Assembly (NCBI GenBank): GCA_047495785.1 | Contig: JBLDXI010000030.1 | Coordinates: 1,364,001-1,428,000, forward strand | Direction of reading: 5' to 3' | Origin: Lepidodermella squamata | Lineage: Eukaryota; Animalia; Gastrotricha | DNA: 64,000 nucleotides | In this document: one piece after another, positions 1 to 12,523 of the stretch | Layout of the letters: each line of letters opens with the position of its first letter | Position numbering within the stretch: position 1 is the stretch's first letter | Notes under the pieces: model-generated | Told to the model about the DNA's origin: nothing | Databases searched by the model: none | Seen by the model: the letters and a program-made list of their open reading frames with translations, nothing else | Made by a program: the position numbers and the translations under genes

Positions 1-2204
1 TCGATTTGATTCGATTTTAGCCCAAACGTCGCAAGCAAATTGATGAAATAATCGGCCGTACAAAAATAAATTTGAAGAATCGCGCAATTGGAACAAATAA
101 TTGTAATAATCCAGATCCGTCAGTTTCTCATCGCATGTCAATGACTTCTTCATGTTATAAGTCCAACCGGGATTCCCCTCGGGAAACAACAAAACGTAAT
201 GAAGCGGATCGTAAAGAGGAGAATTTTCATTAACACGTTGAAGACCGCCTTCACGTAAACGCAATACAACATCGCGCGGCTGTCAACGTGAAAAGAATTA
301 TTAATGGTGTAAAATAGCATCTTTTGAAATATCAACTCACTTCTTTAATTCCAGGGTCATCAGGAATTAGAGCAGCGACTTCTGAAGACGTCGGTAAATT
401 GTATCGCCTCTTATCCATTTCATTAGGATCGCAACGTAAAAATAAATTCAAATTCGGAGAGTTTCGAAGAATTTCATGAGCTTGTTTGTAAATGGCCACG
501 TAAGGATTGAAATTATGAAGTTCCGCTTGGATTTCAGCGACCAAGACAGGATTCAAGTTCTTCAAGTGTCGCAATCGATTAGTAGCTTCATTATCGCTAT
601 CGATAATGTACAGCTGAGCAAACTTGGGAATGTCTCCTGGAACAGGTTCAAGTGCGCCGTGTGAATGGTGTAGGCTTCCACAAAACCTGAAGGTTGACCA
701 TTCCACACTTCTATCGAGACCGGGTACCCCCAAAGACGTGAAAGCGAAGGCTGAATTGAACGCGCGTACTTCACTGCGAAATGTCTTGCCAAGAGGCGAA
801 TTTTCGAAGAGCAGCTTTTTGAACAGCGGTGTAGGCTGAGGGAACGGTGGAAGTACGATTTTCCCATTAGCACAGCAACGAAATGAAGGGTTGCCAATGG
901 TTGACTTGTCAATTTTTTCCTTCATGAAGAATATAGCATTGCAGTGGCGACATTTCGACGATAACTGTCCAATATTGTTTTGGTTAACTTTCCGCTCGTC
1001 ATTGAACTCTTTCCGAGCAGCAAGACGTAACCTCTTCACGCCTTTAGGGCGACCAGCGACTGGAGCCGCTTCGTTGACGAAGTTCTCTAACTCCAAATCA
1101 TCTACAGAAATGAACAATTGATAAAAACGGAGGGTCTCGAAATGGAGACATTATACCTCCTTCCAAAAGTCCGTCGATGGCCGGAGCAGAAGGCAGGGGA
1201 GTTTCTTGGCGTTCGATTCCGCCAATGCCGGGAATGTCCATTTCATCGTCAGACAATTCTACTGGATCTACATAACATGGTTAACGGAATTTAGGATTTT
1301 TTATAAACAATGAAATCTCACCATGAACGTATCTGCTAGTGGAAGGGGCGTCAAGCATAGAAGTTGGTCTCTTGACAGCTGAATAGGAAAAAGGGTAAAA
1401 AAAAAAAGATATCGTTTCGACCAATCATTACCAGTTATAGTGGGTGAAGCAGACTTAGGGTTTACAGGTGTGAACCTGAACCTTGGCTGAGGCGAGGGCG
1501 AGGACGCCGGTGAGGACAGGCGAAGCGATGCTATTGGAATAATAGGAGTTTGGGGTCGGGGAGAAACTAAAACAAAAAACAAAAAATCTTAAACGCTTAG
1601 GATTCTAGGATGAAAGCACCTTTACCTGACAATATAGGTCTCGGTTGTCTGAAACATGCTGCAGATTGAGGCCTTACAGTCACAGGCGTACCAGGATTAA
1701 GTGCTCGCAAGTACTGCGGGGGGTTGAACGCTGGAGGAGAAGCCAGTACTGAACAATCGACATACAAAGAATCACTCTGTTGAAATGATTAAATTGTGAT
1801 CCTACTTTCATCATCTACTGCTGTATTGCTCCTCTTCGGCGGAGGGCCTATAACAACGGGACCGCTAACATTACGCTGAACGGCGACCAATGATGACGGT
1901 CGAATTGGGGGAATAGCGGGAGGGGAAGGCAATTCTAATTTGAGAAATCGAGTGAACACATTTCATGAACTGAATTGATGTGCTTACCTTCATCTTCGCG
2001 AAAGGGTGTTGCCCTTTTAGGCGGAGGTCTAATCATCACAGAGGTGGGAGGGTTCATGGGCCTGAGCACGACCTTTGGAGATGCAGTAGATGCTGTAGCT
2101 AAATTCAGGCTTGTTAAGTTAGTAGATTATATTGGTGAAACATGTCTACCTCCATCTTCTGCTACTGCTTGCAACAATCGAAAAGGAACCGGTTTTCGTG
2201 ACAT
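1..2204 (-). mobile_element. Helitron Rep/helicase gene, 5' part, spliced; runs off the left edge
   Basis: Exon 341..1101 encodes CRHCNA...CCANGKIVLPP...RAFNSAFAFTSLG...PKFAQLYIID...RRYNLPTSSEVAALIP. After a 61-nt GT-AG intron (280..340), exon 1..279 encodes PRDVVLRLREGGLQRVNENSPLYDPLHYVLLFPEGNPGW...YYNYLFQLR...GRLFHQFACDVWAKIE. These are hallmark Helitron helicase-like N-terminal motifs. Upstream Pro/Ser-rich exons and the ATG at 2204 are less certain. Confidence 0.9.
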
Positions 2205-3511
2205 GGCCACGAATGTCAGCAATACAACTGTACAAATGATGTCACGCAGACGAACAGACATATGCACACGTAGACACACACACATGTACACACATAGGGT
2301 TAAGAGTTAACATAACCAGAACTGAGAAGCCAACTATACAAAGCTGAAAGTTAAGGTTGAGAAACTTTAACAACTCAGAACTGAGCTAAGAGCTAAGAAC
2401 TATACAAAACTGTACACCTGCCTGCTCGCAGTAAACAAAAAGCAAAGAAACAAATATAATACACTAAGTACTCAGTACTCGATACTCGATAGTCGTAAGT
2501 AGTCAGCAGTCAATGGTTGGATCGTCCTTAAACCGTGATTAACGCAAGACAACGGGCGGAGCCGTTTAATGTAACAATTTAAACTCCTATATATAAACGC
2601 AAGTTAAAATTGTCATTCTCTCTGCATAGAGAAGCTGTGCAAGAGGCCTGAGGACATGAAGTCCTTCTTGAGGTATCCATAACACACGGACGCTAGACGG
2701 CGGTTCAAAACTGCCGCTGCGCGCCGCCGAAATCAAAATTTAAACTTTTCAGTTTTTAACACATGTTTGATTAAATTTTAATTTTACAAATTAAAAAAAA
2801 TTATTGATCAAATTATTCAATTTAAAAAATTTATTTTAGGAAATCGGGGGTAAGAAGCGCTTTTCGAAAGGGAAGTATTTTCTTAGTAGATTAGATTACA
2901 CCCAAAGAGGGAAGCTTGACAAAGTATAAGGAAAACAACATATAATTGCAGGACAGGATCACATTTAGGACAGGAAAGGTGTTGTAGAAGAAACAAAGTT
3001 ATAGAATTAGGATTAGAAATACACGTCAATGTGTATATATAAAAATATATATAAATAAAAAAACAAAATGCATTTCAGCAGTATAAAAATAAAGTGTATT
3101 CAATCAGGTCCATTTCAGTATCAGGAATTAAAGTATATAAATCACAACAAAGTGTATCAAAATCAGAACCAAAATGATGATCACTGGGATAATTTAGCGG
3201 CATTCATTCCGTAGTAGTACTGGTAAACTACCTCGCGACAATTCTCGGCCGTTTCAGATTGCTGTGCCTCAAGAGGAAGTTGGTTTCTTTTCATTACAAC
3301 TGCTTTGTCCCAAAAGCGATTGGTGTTAATAGAAAAGATATGTAAGCCGGTGTTAACTTCCACGAGTTTCAACTGAGAAGGATTAATTATGCAGAACTTC
3401 TATTATATAGGCCGCTTCAGGTCTACTAAATGATAGATCATGAAACTAAATGACAGGGCAATTAATGATCAACACCAATCGTGTGCGATATTTTGCAACA
3501 ATATTCTAACT

Positions 3512-3660
3512 CAGTGGTTCTCAAACTATTTTCGCTCCCGGCCAAAAACGGCGGCCGGCTGGCGAGCATTCCGGCCGCATTGCCTCTTGAACCCTCAACC
3601 GGCCGCTTGTAATGATAAAATAGAACCTTTCCGGCCGCACGCCTCTAAAATCGAGAATTG
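3512..3660 (+). mobile_element. hAT-like element terminus (CAGTGGTTCTCAAAC), truncated
   Basis: Starts with CAGTGGTTCTCAAACT, a hAT/Charlie-type end. A homologous reverse-complement copy lies at ~61940..62075 and a shorter one ends at ~56995. Confidence 0.6.
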
Positions 3661-3707
3661 AAGTTTTCGAGTGCGCTTTATAGGGAAGATTGGTTATTAA
3701 ATTAGGG

Positions 3708-3957
3708 CAGTGTGCGACTTTCAGGGGGGATGGGGGAGGGGGTCATCCCCCCCAGCTCGGCCAGGCCAGACGACAAAATGAGAATTATTCCCCCTATTTC
3801 GTCAATTTTGAGAGGTTCTGGAGCGTGTTTTAGTGAAAAATCTGCAAAATTTTCTCTCCTCGCTCGGTTATCCGCCAAAATAACTAGTAATTTTGGCAAA
3901 TACAAGAAAAAGATTTTTTCCATCCCTGGCAGCTCGAGGATCCAAGATCGCACCCTG
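3708..3957. mobile_element. Non-autonomous hAT-type MITE with 8-bp TSD
   Basis: Ends are CAGTGTGCGA and TCGCACCCTG, with perfect TSD AATTAGGG at 3700..3707 and 3958..3965. Related pieces occur at ~13405..13437, ~23040..23200 and ~58944..59042. Confidence 0.85.
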
Positions 3958-4949
3958 AATTAGGGTTCATTTACTCGTAAGTGAAAATGCAATGCCTTGC
4001 ATTTGTCAACATTCAATGCAATTATGCCAAAATTGAGATTGAAGCAAGAAATTATTTCGGCCCACAAGAAGGTCCGATAACATCCGGATGATGCATACAT
4101 AGACGCCAAAAATCAGCTTGAAGAATTTATGAACTATCAGGGTTTTTATTAAGCAAACGATTGGTTGTTACAAACGATTTTTTGGTAGCTACCTTTCTCG
4201 AAAGTGAAAATGTCATGTAATTTTTACCAATAACGCCAAAAAACGCAAATACTTTTGCCAAAATAGCGTTACTTTTAATTTCTTCAGTAACGCGTTACTT
4301 TTGCCACAAATACAGTGTGGTTGTTACATTGCAACATGCGCAACATGCTTAAAAAAACACTGGAAGTATGGAATGGCTCAGGTATGATATCTTATTCCTA
4401 ATTTCATTATATCTAGAAGCTAATATTAAAAAAGAGGCGATGGTTACTACTTATTGCTAAAAAATAAAGTATCATAAATTGTCAAATTTCAATCGAAAGG
4501 AATTGGGAGATTCTAAAGTGAAATCAGCGAGCGACGCTAGAAATGTTTCAGAAAATTGTGTCTATTTATCAACCGGATATGTCGAATTTTGCTCAAAATT
4601 TGCACATGCAATTTGTGAAATCCTGTGATTTCCTGCATTGCATTGAGTCCAGTGAGACGGACAAATGTTTAACGACGAAGCATTCATGACCAATCTTCTT
4701 TTTTATTTAAAACAAGTCATAAGGTGTAAAAATCGTAATTCGGATGTAAAAAAGTCACAATTTGGATCGACGCGAGAAATAAGCATGTAAATGTTCTAAT
4801 CACGATACACATGTTCACTTAGGAGTAACTGAGACCAGGTCAGGGTGAATATCGAGAACAAGAATGTCTGACAAATATAGAATTGTCGTCAGAAATATAG
4901 GTCGAGTCGCTATGACAAATCGATATTTTACGGTATAACATTCGTAAAT

Positions 4950-5049
4950 CGTTCATATCTGAACTCGCCGCACTCGATTTACTCGTCGCAACTCGCCTCC
5001 GGCTCGTTCCGACTCGTAAATCTCGGGCGGCTCCGTACAGATATAAACG
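4950..5049. repeat. ~100-nt imperfect palindrome with periodic CTC(G) motifs
   Basis: Arms pair around a GCC-TCC-GGC loop with four symmetric TC/TC internal mismatches. Confidence 0.8.
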
Positions 5050-5089
5050 TTTTACTCATGTCCAATGGAAATTCGGACGGAAATGTGCG

Positions 5090-5300
5090 AGCAACCCCAA
5101 TCCGCTACTCCTCGTACCCAGTGTGCGAAGTAGGATGCGGGAGCTGAGTTTTCTACTTGTTTTCAAAGACCCAGCCGAAGAAACCAAAGGGTCCCCCTGT
5201 GGTTTTTTCAGCCTTTCTCTGGCTGGAGTCCCGGAGCTGGGATGTCGTGACACCCCAGCACCCCTGTACTTCACACCCTGCTCGTACCGTCGTAGAGCTT
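5090..5300 (+). pseudogene. Frameshifted homologue of the unknown ORF at 14061..14483
   Basis: Correcting small frameshifts gives PLLLVPSVRSRMREL...QRVP(P)VVFSAFLWLESRSW...P(P)VLHTL. This aligns with PLVLNSARSRILEL...QRVPPVVFWGIFHLGLVNW...PPVLRAL. Confidence 0.5.
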
Positions 5301-6344
5301 GCGCCAAGGGTTCGCCAGGCCCATCGATAAAAAGCTGGATGGCCAACTCTTCGACGGCTCTTTCCATTGGAAGCTGCAGGTGAGTTTGCCTCATGTGGCC
5401 CCGACACGTGTCGCCGAAGATAACGATTGATTCGTCGGCGCCCTGTTTCGGCCGTTCGTCCAGAGCCGTAGAAAGCACGCGACGTAATTCTTTGAACAAC
5501 TGATCTATCACCGGGACTCGAGACGCAGTGATAAGGCTATTCAGGTCTGCCTAGTTCAGCAAACCGTGGATCTGCTTAATGACCACCGGGGATGTCTTTC
5601 AAGGTCTTGCGGCATCCGGCGGCGAATCAAGTAGTTTTTCGAGCAGGTCCTTCACCTTGATCGGTGCAGTCGACGAGATGACCGACGGGGCTAAGTGGTG
5701 GCGACACGACGGGGCGTTTGCGGTCTTAGTAAGGTCGGAGGTCGAGGCAGGTCGAGTTAGCGATCCTATTCATAACGAACTGGATCGTTTTCGGCGAGAC
5801 GAATGGTCGCGATATTGCCGAGCAAACTAGTCGATGGCGATCAACCGTCCTAAGAGCTAGCGATCCAGCGGCTTTTCTTCTTCTCTTTCCAGAATATCCA
5901 GGAGTCGAAGCTGGTAAGTTGATAGTCGCGCTCCGGGCCGTCGGGAATGGCTTCGATAGCCGATAGCTCCTTGGCTAGGAACCAAGCGAAAGTGGATGGA
6001 GGAACAGCTTTGCCCTGCCCTGTGTACAAATTATTCGTTATAATTAACTCATAAACGAGAAACGAGAAATCGGGTTGGCATACCGGGTTCGAAGCAAGTC
6101 AGGCGGGCAGAAGCAAGAAGCAGTGGATGTCCTTCAATTGAAATATTATTGTTGTAGGAACGAGCATTCGGAAATCGCAATGGATCCTTACTTTTACTTC
6201 GATCGCGAAGTATTAATATTGAAGCTGAATATTAATTAAACCTCGGTCTGGAAGTGAACGAGAGTTAAAACATACTTCACGTAATAAAATAATTACCATT
6301 GCGCTAGACAGGAGGGCAGTAGGAAGTTTGAAAGCACGGCGATC

Positions 6345-8000
6345 ACAAAGGTCCCGGTCTCTGGCGGAGAACTGCGCCGAACCCCAGGTCAGCCTCAAGT
6401 CGCTTTCAATCTGGGCCCGCCAAGTAGTTCTTGGCCGTTCGACCGCCGGTTTGCCCTGTGGCGTCTACCAAAGTCGGCGGAGTCTGATGTCGGCCGAAAT
6501 TGGCCGGTATTAGCAGATGTGATGGAGCATTTTATCAGGGACGCCGTAGTGACGAAGGATTTTCCAAAAGGTTTCGCGGTGTACGCTGTCGAAGGTCTTT
6601 TGAAGTCACGAAATTAATAAGCGCTGGAGTGTTCCACAGGAGACACTGCTCGACGATATTCCGCAAGGCAAAGATTTGGCCGATTCACCCATGAAGCGAA
6701 CAAAAACCAGCCTGTTCTGCTCGCAACAGCTTATCAATCTGGTTCCTTATGCGGCACAAGATGACCCGGCAAAACACCTTGCTGGGAATAAAGATTGGGG
6801 TGATGCCTCGCCAGTTGTCGCAGTTGGCGAGATCTCCCTTTTTGGGATCTTCACGATCGCTCCGGTCTGCTAATCGCTTGGTGCTCGCTCTTCGTGTTAG
6901 ATCTTTCGAAATAGACTCGAGCGCGCTGGCTGTGCTATCAACATTGGCATTGAGCATTTCGGCAGTAATTGCGTCGCACCTGGGAGCTTCCCAGTTCTTC
7001 ATGGCAAGGAATGCCGCTAAGAGATGGTACCTCAGTGGACATTTCCAGGTCGACTGATCTAATGGATGGCTGAGCTTTGATCTCAGTCTCTGGCATGTTA
7101 AGCAACTGGTTGAAGTGCTTGACTCACCGCGCCATCTGCTCCCGTTCGGTTGTCACCAGTTTACCATCTCTGCTTTTGATGGGCGCCGATCACTCGCCTC
7201 GCTTGTCACCTCCAGAGGTTTGATCACTTTATACAGCTTTCGGAGATCGATTTTCGCATTTGCTTCTTCCGTTTTAGCCGCCAGATCGTTCATGAACTGA
7301 CGTTTGTCGTGCCTCGCGCTCCTATTAACCTGATTGCAAGCATGTTCGTGAGCCGCCCCAGCTTGCTCAAGGATTTGTGGAGTCGAAGCTTTGAGACGCT
7401 CGGCCTGCAAACGCGCCCTATTCTTAATTAACGCTCAAGATTTATCGCTTCCTCTTGTTCTCCCTCCAGCCCAAGGCCCCCCTCAGCAGATTCTGTGACG
7501 AATCCCTTGAAAGACGCCACTTTCCATCCACACGTTCATCAGTGTTTTGAGTCCGCGGACCGCCAGTCGCCAGTCAGACTTTGCGAGAACTTTGACCTTA
7601 CTTCGGGATTCCTCAGCTTGCCAACGTCGATTTTCGTGCGCAGGGTTTCAGGCGTACAGAGCCCACAACTAGCATGTGGTCATTGCCCATGTTGGCCCCG
7701 CGATGGACTTTAGCATCCTCAAGAGCACTTGGCGGTTGACCGTAGTGTCGTCGATCTGGTTCAGCATCCTTTTGTCGTTGGACCGCCACGTGAATCTCCT
7801 TGTGCGGAAACAAAGAGCCACCGATCACCGCAGTTAGTTGGTTGCGCAAAGTTCAACGAAGCGCTCACCGTTTTCGTTTCGGGAGCCCGGCGATTGTTTC
7901 ACCATGCACTGTTCGTAGCCGGGATTGTCCGATCCAACCTTAGCGTTCAAGTCCCCCATGACCATGAGATCATCATGTCTTGGCACAAGCTCAACTTGCG
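6345..8000 (-). mobile_element. Degenerate RTE-clade LINE (endonuclease + RT fragments)
   Basis: Endonuclease motif MGDLNAKVGSDN (~7925-7960); RT motifs ITAEML and PKKGDLANCDNWRGIT..IPSKVFCRVILCRIRNQIDKLLRAEQAGF; C-terminal PQGK..RPRTTW. Many stops and deletions. Confidence 0.9.
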
Positions 8001-8702
8001 CTCGCTTCTACGACAAGCATCGACGCAAGGAATTAAAGAATAAATGTTCTAATAGCAAAGAATTGAGTGAAATTGCAAATAAATTGAAGCCAGGTTCTTG
8101 TTACTGCATCAGGGTAAAATTCTTGATTCTCTTTACAAATTGGCAATTTACATATTTTGAAATAAACCTAATTTTCTGAATTCAATCTACCCTTTCACGG
8201 CGGGAAGGTCGATTCGGAATTTCGGCTTTGACGGTGCACATTTCAATTTCATGAATTTGTTATTGCCCTTTTGAGCAACATTAACTGGTCGAAATCGCCC
8301 TATCCGCCCAGACTTATACAGGCGGAGTGCGTAATTTTTGTGCTTCAAAAGCTGTCGCGAGGAAAAACTGGAATAGCTGAATGAGCGTCTAAAACTTTGT
8401 GAACTGAATTTTTTTGGCAATATGAATAATGAGGGAGAATCTTAGGGACTCTCATGGGAGTGAGTTGGAATCTGAATTTCCTAAGTTGAAAGCACCAGAT
8501 ACAGAAATTAGGGTGAAATCGTCTGAAATCAGCTGGGCGGATAGAGCAATTACGACCACTTTTCATACATTCTTAGCGGTGATAGATAGAGAAAAACGGG
8601 TTTCAAAATCGTGATCTGAAGCCCCTAAAACTTTATCAAACATTTTTTCTCCAGGAGATGAATAATTCCGCCATGAGAAGGCTAAATTGTATTTTTTGAA
8701 TA

Positions 8703-9512
8703 CCGTAAGGCGGTCTTACTTCGGACAAAAACGTGTTTTTGGGGCTTAGTTTTTCGAGGTGAACGAATTTTTTGACGGGCTTTATGTCAAAAGATGCGCC
8801 CTGAAAAACTGCATATTCTAGTATCAACTCCGGAAAAATAATAATTTTTCCCGTACAGGTATTAAAGGAAAACTGGTCCGGATAACTTCGGACTCAACTG
8901 GGGTAATTTCGGACAGCTCAATGTGAATATTTAGATTGGGGTCAAAGTTCACATTAAAGCGAGATAAAATTTGTGAGCAGATTTAAGAAAAAAACTTAAA
9001 AAAAAACAAAATGCATGATGAGGGATTCGAACCCTCAATATTGAATTGTGCTCCAAACGCAGCTTAGTGCTGTTCTCAATAAAATATGGAGTTTAAAAAA
9101 TGTCAAGGTCAATTGACATCTTTTTGAATTTCCCGTAGTTTGAAGCTGTCCGAACTTAGCCCGGACAAAATTTGTTTTCTAAAGTATTTCCTGATCAAAA
9201 TTTTCGTTAAAAATTGGTTTGAACAAGACAGCATTACTAAATCGATGATGCTCTATCTTTTCCGCTTCTCTCCAGCAAAAAATACCTACCTGGTGAAAAG
9301 CTAGCAATTTTGGGTCGCGGGACATGACTGCCAAGAAGTTGGACTATTCTTCGCATACTTATCTGTTTTCAATGGTTTCATTTGAAAGCCAAGACTCAGG
9401 GCTATCTTTTGCAATTTGAACGGTCTCTATATTCACCGGGGTTGAGGAGAAATTCCAGTTCAAAGTCAAAAGTGTCCGAAATTACGCTGTCCGAAGTAAG
9501 ACCGCCTTACGG
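8703..9512. mobile_element. Tc1/mariner(pogo)-like MITE
   Basis: TIRs CCGTAAGGCGGTCTTACTTCGGACA and TGTCCGAAGTAAGACCGCCTTACGG, flanked by TA. The paralogous backbone at ~48950 lacks the insert. Confidence 0.85.
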
Positions 9513-10238
9513 TACGCAACACAAAATAAGAGCTGAAATACAATTGAAAAATGATTTTATAAGTAGAGATTCGTCGGGAAATTCAAGAAGATTTAGAGGT
9601 TTTCTGTTAGGAAAGTTCAATTAGCGTCGCGAGAAAACAAATCATACCACGCATGCAAGGCACTGGCAGCTGTTGCCGAGACTCGGTTACGATGCAACCA
9701 ACAACCAACGAGTATACATTAAGATTTAGCCATTGTTATTTTTGAAATAAAGTAGCATTTCTCTTTGTAGCAAAAAACAACGAAACGGCCGCTTCCTCTC
9801 ACAGTAAAAAAAACGTTTTTTACCTTGATATCCATGCAAACAAAATGTTGCATGGGACATGCCAGCGGACGATTGCGGTTTTTGCGGTCCAGAACAGAAT
9901 TAACAGCTCTATATTGCTATTAACTCGCGTAAAGCAAGTTTGTCGTTGAGCCTATTATGCTCAAATGAGAATGACTGGGTCATAGGGCATGCTTTCAGTC
10001 AGTCAGTTAGATTTAATTAGTGGCTTTTAGAGGTGGCAAAAATGTCGGCTCACCACCACAGCGTAACAGAAATAACCAAAGTGCCACACAAAATTTAATA
10101 TTTTGCAGCACACATTTTTGCAACACACGACCTTGTTTTTGGCTTTAGTGAAACAAGTAAAATTCAGGCATACCAACAGATGTTATCGGGGGCGCGGAAT
10201 ACGACCGTGGTAATTGTTTGAATGTCAGGGACGTTGGT

Positions 10239-10331
10239 ACCGGGTAAACCGGGTAAAAACCGGGTAAAACCGGGTAAAACCGGGTAAAAACCGGGTAAAA
10301 CCGGGTAAAACCGGGTACTACCCGGGTAAAA
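10239..10331. repeat. Minisatellite (ACCGGGTAAA)n, 9 units
   Basis: Nine CCGGGT cores at 9-11-nt spacing, with no unique spacers. Confidence 0.9.
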
Positions 10332-12468
10332 ATTGAAAATCGTCCCTTTCGGTTATCATATTCGGATTGAGCGTAAAAAACCGCCCCTATCCTATATCTT
10401 CTTGTTATATCGAACTTACAAGTTACAAAAATAAGTTATGTGTTGCAATTTTATCCTGCTGCAAATAGGTGTTTTGTGTTGCGCTGTGGTTTTAAGTGAA
10501 AAATGTCTTTTATCCGTTTCAAGGGTCCTGGCAAACATATTTCGTATTCTCTTGAAATACTTCAAATTATTGTATTTGTGTACTTCAAATAGAAAGTAAT
10601 TTGAATGAACGTAAATTATCGATAGGAATGATGTTTGATAACTTCACCCTTGAAAAATGAAAAATGATAGATGATAGATTAAACTAAATGACAGGGCAAT
10701 AAATGATCAACACCAATCGAGTGCGATATGTTGCAACAACATTCTAACTCGGCCTGTGGAAAGCTGTGTTCCGGATTGGAGATAGTGATAATGTAGTTAG
10801 CAGTTCCATTTCATTATCGTGTTCAGCTGGATTTTACATCCAATTTTACAAGAAAAAGCAATTTGAGTTGAATTATTTCCAGGTTCATGTTTGTTTTGTT
10901 TTGCAGCGACATTAGGGCAACCCCTCGCTTATCCAAAAATTTTCAAAATTAATTTTCAGTTTCTTGAAAAAATTGAGTGGAGCTTATTGTCAAACCAGTT
11001 CCAATATCTCAGGAATTTGAAATGTCATCTTAGGAGGTTTTACCAGAAACGCAGTATATCATTAACAGTGTTCCCGTCACGATGTGAGTACCTAACACTT
11101 TATCTCTATTGACCACGTTCTTCAGCGTGTTTCAAAGTGCAATTCCCGAAATTGATAGCCCGAAAGCGCCCAAATTGAGCGATTATGCAGTTTAGGTTCA
11201 GAAGTGAAGCTTTTATGCAGATTTATGGCACCCTCGAGCAATTTTGGATGTTTGCCTTTTTTGACTTTCAGCAACGATGGCTCTCTAACGGTGAGGAATT
11301 GGCTCATGAGATTTCGCGAGCTTACTGGAATGGGTTCTGACTGTTCATGGTTTAAATATGAGCCCGGAGAACCTCATGGTTATGGAATGAAAAACGTTTG
11401 AAAAAAGTGAAATTGTTTTATGCAGGTTTATGTAACCTTACCCTATTATTTGCATAAAAAGATTACAAGGATTTCCACGGCGCGTTTATATAGGGGGAAT
11501 GAGGTTTAGGCATGGAGTATAATTTAATTTAATTTAAGTGTTGGCTTGAGGCCAACTACCAACTTTCATGGCTGGTTGCCAACGACGTTATTTCATTCCC
11601 TTGGCCGACGGCCGATTGTACATGAGTACTGGAAACACAGTCATCTAAGCACTGGTGTAAACATTCCTTACCTCTTTACTCTTTTGCTCTTTCCCCTTAG
11701 TTTATATTACAATGACAGAAAAGTGATATCGTATATATTGTATACGAAAAACGAAAAGCTTTTTATTTTGTCCTTTTTTCCAGATAAAACGAACGAAAAT
11801 TTACAATTTGGAAGGACGTGTTCATCAGCGACACGGTACCATCTCTGTGGAGCCATGTGTTATTCCTTTGAAAGTGCTGCCGGAATAAAGCGTCTCGATC
11901 GTCGTCTTGTGGCGAAGGTGGTGATGGCGGATCGCTGTTTGTGCTGGAATCGGCATTCGCATTCGGGTATGGCGGTGAAGGCGGAGAATATTCCACTACA
12001 GATTTGTCATCAGAAAATAAATTTTTAGAAAATAAATGTTCGTATTGGATTGAATAAAATGTTCGTTGATTTTGAAAAACCCAGCGAGTGGCAGCACGTA
12101 TGCTCCTTGGCTTGCTTAGACCGAGCAAGAGCAACAAAATGAGCGTTGGCATACATCATTTTTCGGTGAGTTTCACAGTTTCCTGGGTAGACGAAGTCTA
12201 TTGAGCGCGTGATTATTTTCCGCATAAACGTAGAAAATTCGTCGAAATTGACCCAATTCATCGATTCTATCTGGCGACGATAACTGTTGGCTACTTCTTT
12301 AGTCATCGGAGAATGATCGGGGTGGAAGACATAGTTCTTGGCCTCGTGGTACTTCACGCCACTGTCATGCCGCAATCTAGCCTCGGCCCAACGCGTGCCG
12401 TTATGATTTTTGGAACTAATAGTATATATTGGATTCGAAGGAGTACATAACGCAGTTATTGTACTCGG

Positions 12469-12523
12469 ATATTGGCCGAGAGGCGTCCGGCTCGCGAAAG
12501 CGAGCCAGCCTCGAGTCCAATAT
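12469..12523. repeat. GC-rich nested hairpin, probably a transposon subterminal structure
   Basis: GATATTGG...GGCTCGC-GAAA-GCGAGCC...CCAATATC. Confidence 0.6.

Noticed and set aside
4950-5049. Integron attC site or tRNA
   Set aside because: No RYYYAAC...GTTRRRY arrangement, no cloverleaf, and no integrase in view.
10239-10331. Possible CRISPR-like array
   Set aside because: Units are ~10 bp, contiguous and without spacers, in a eukaryotic context; it is a minisatellite.
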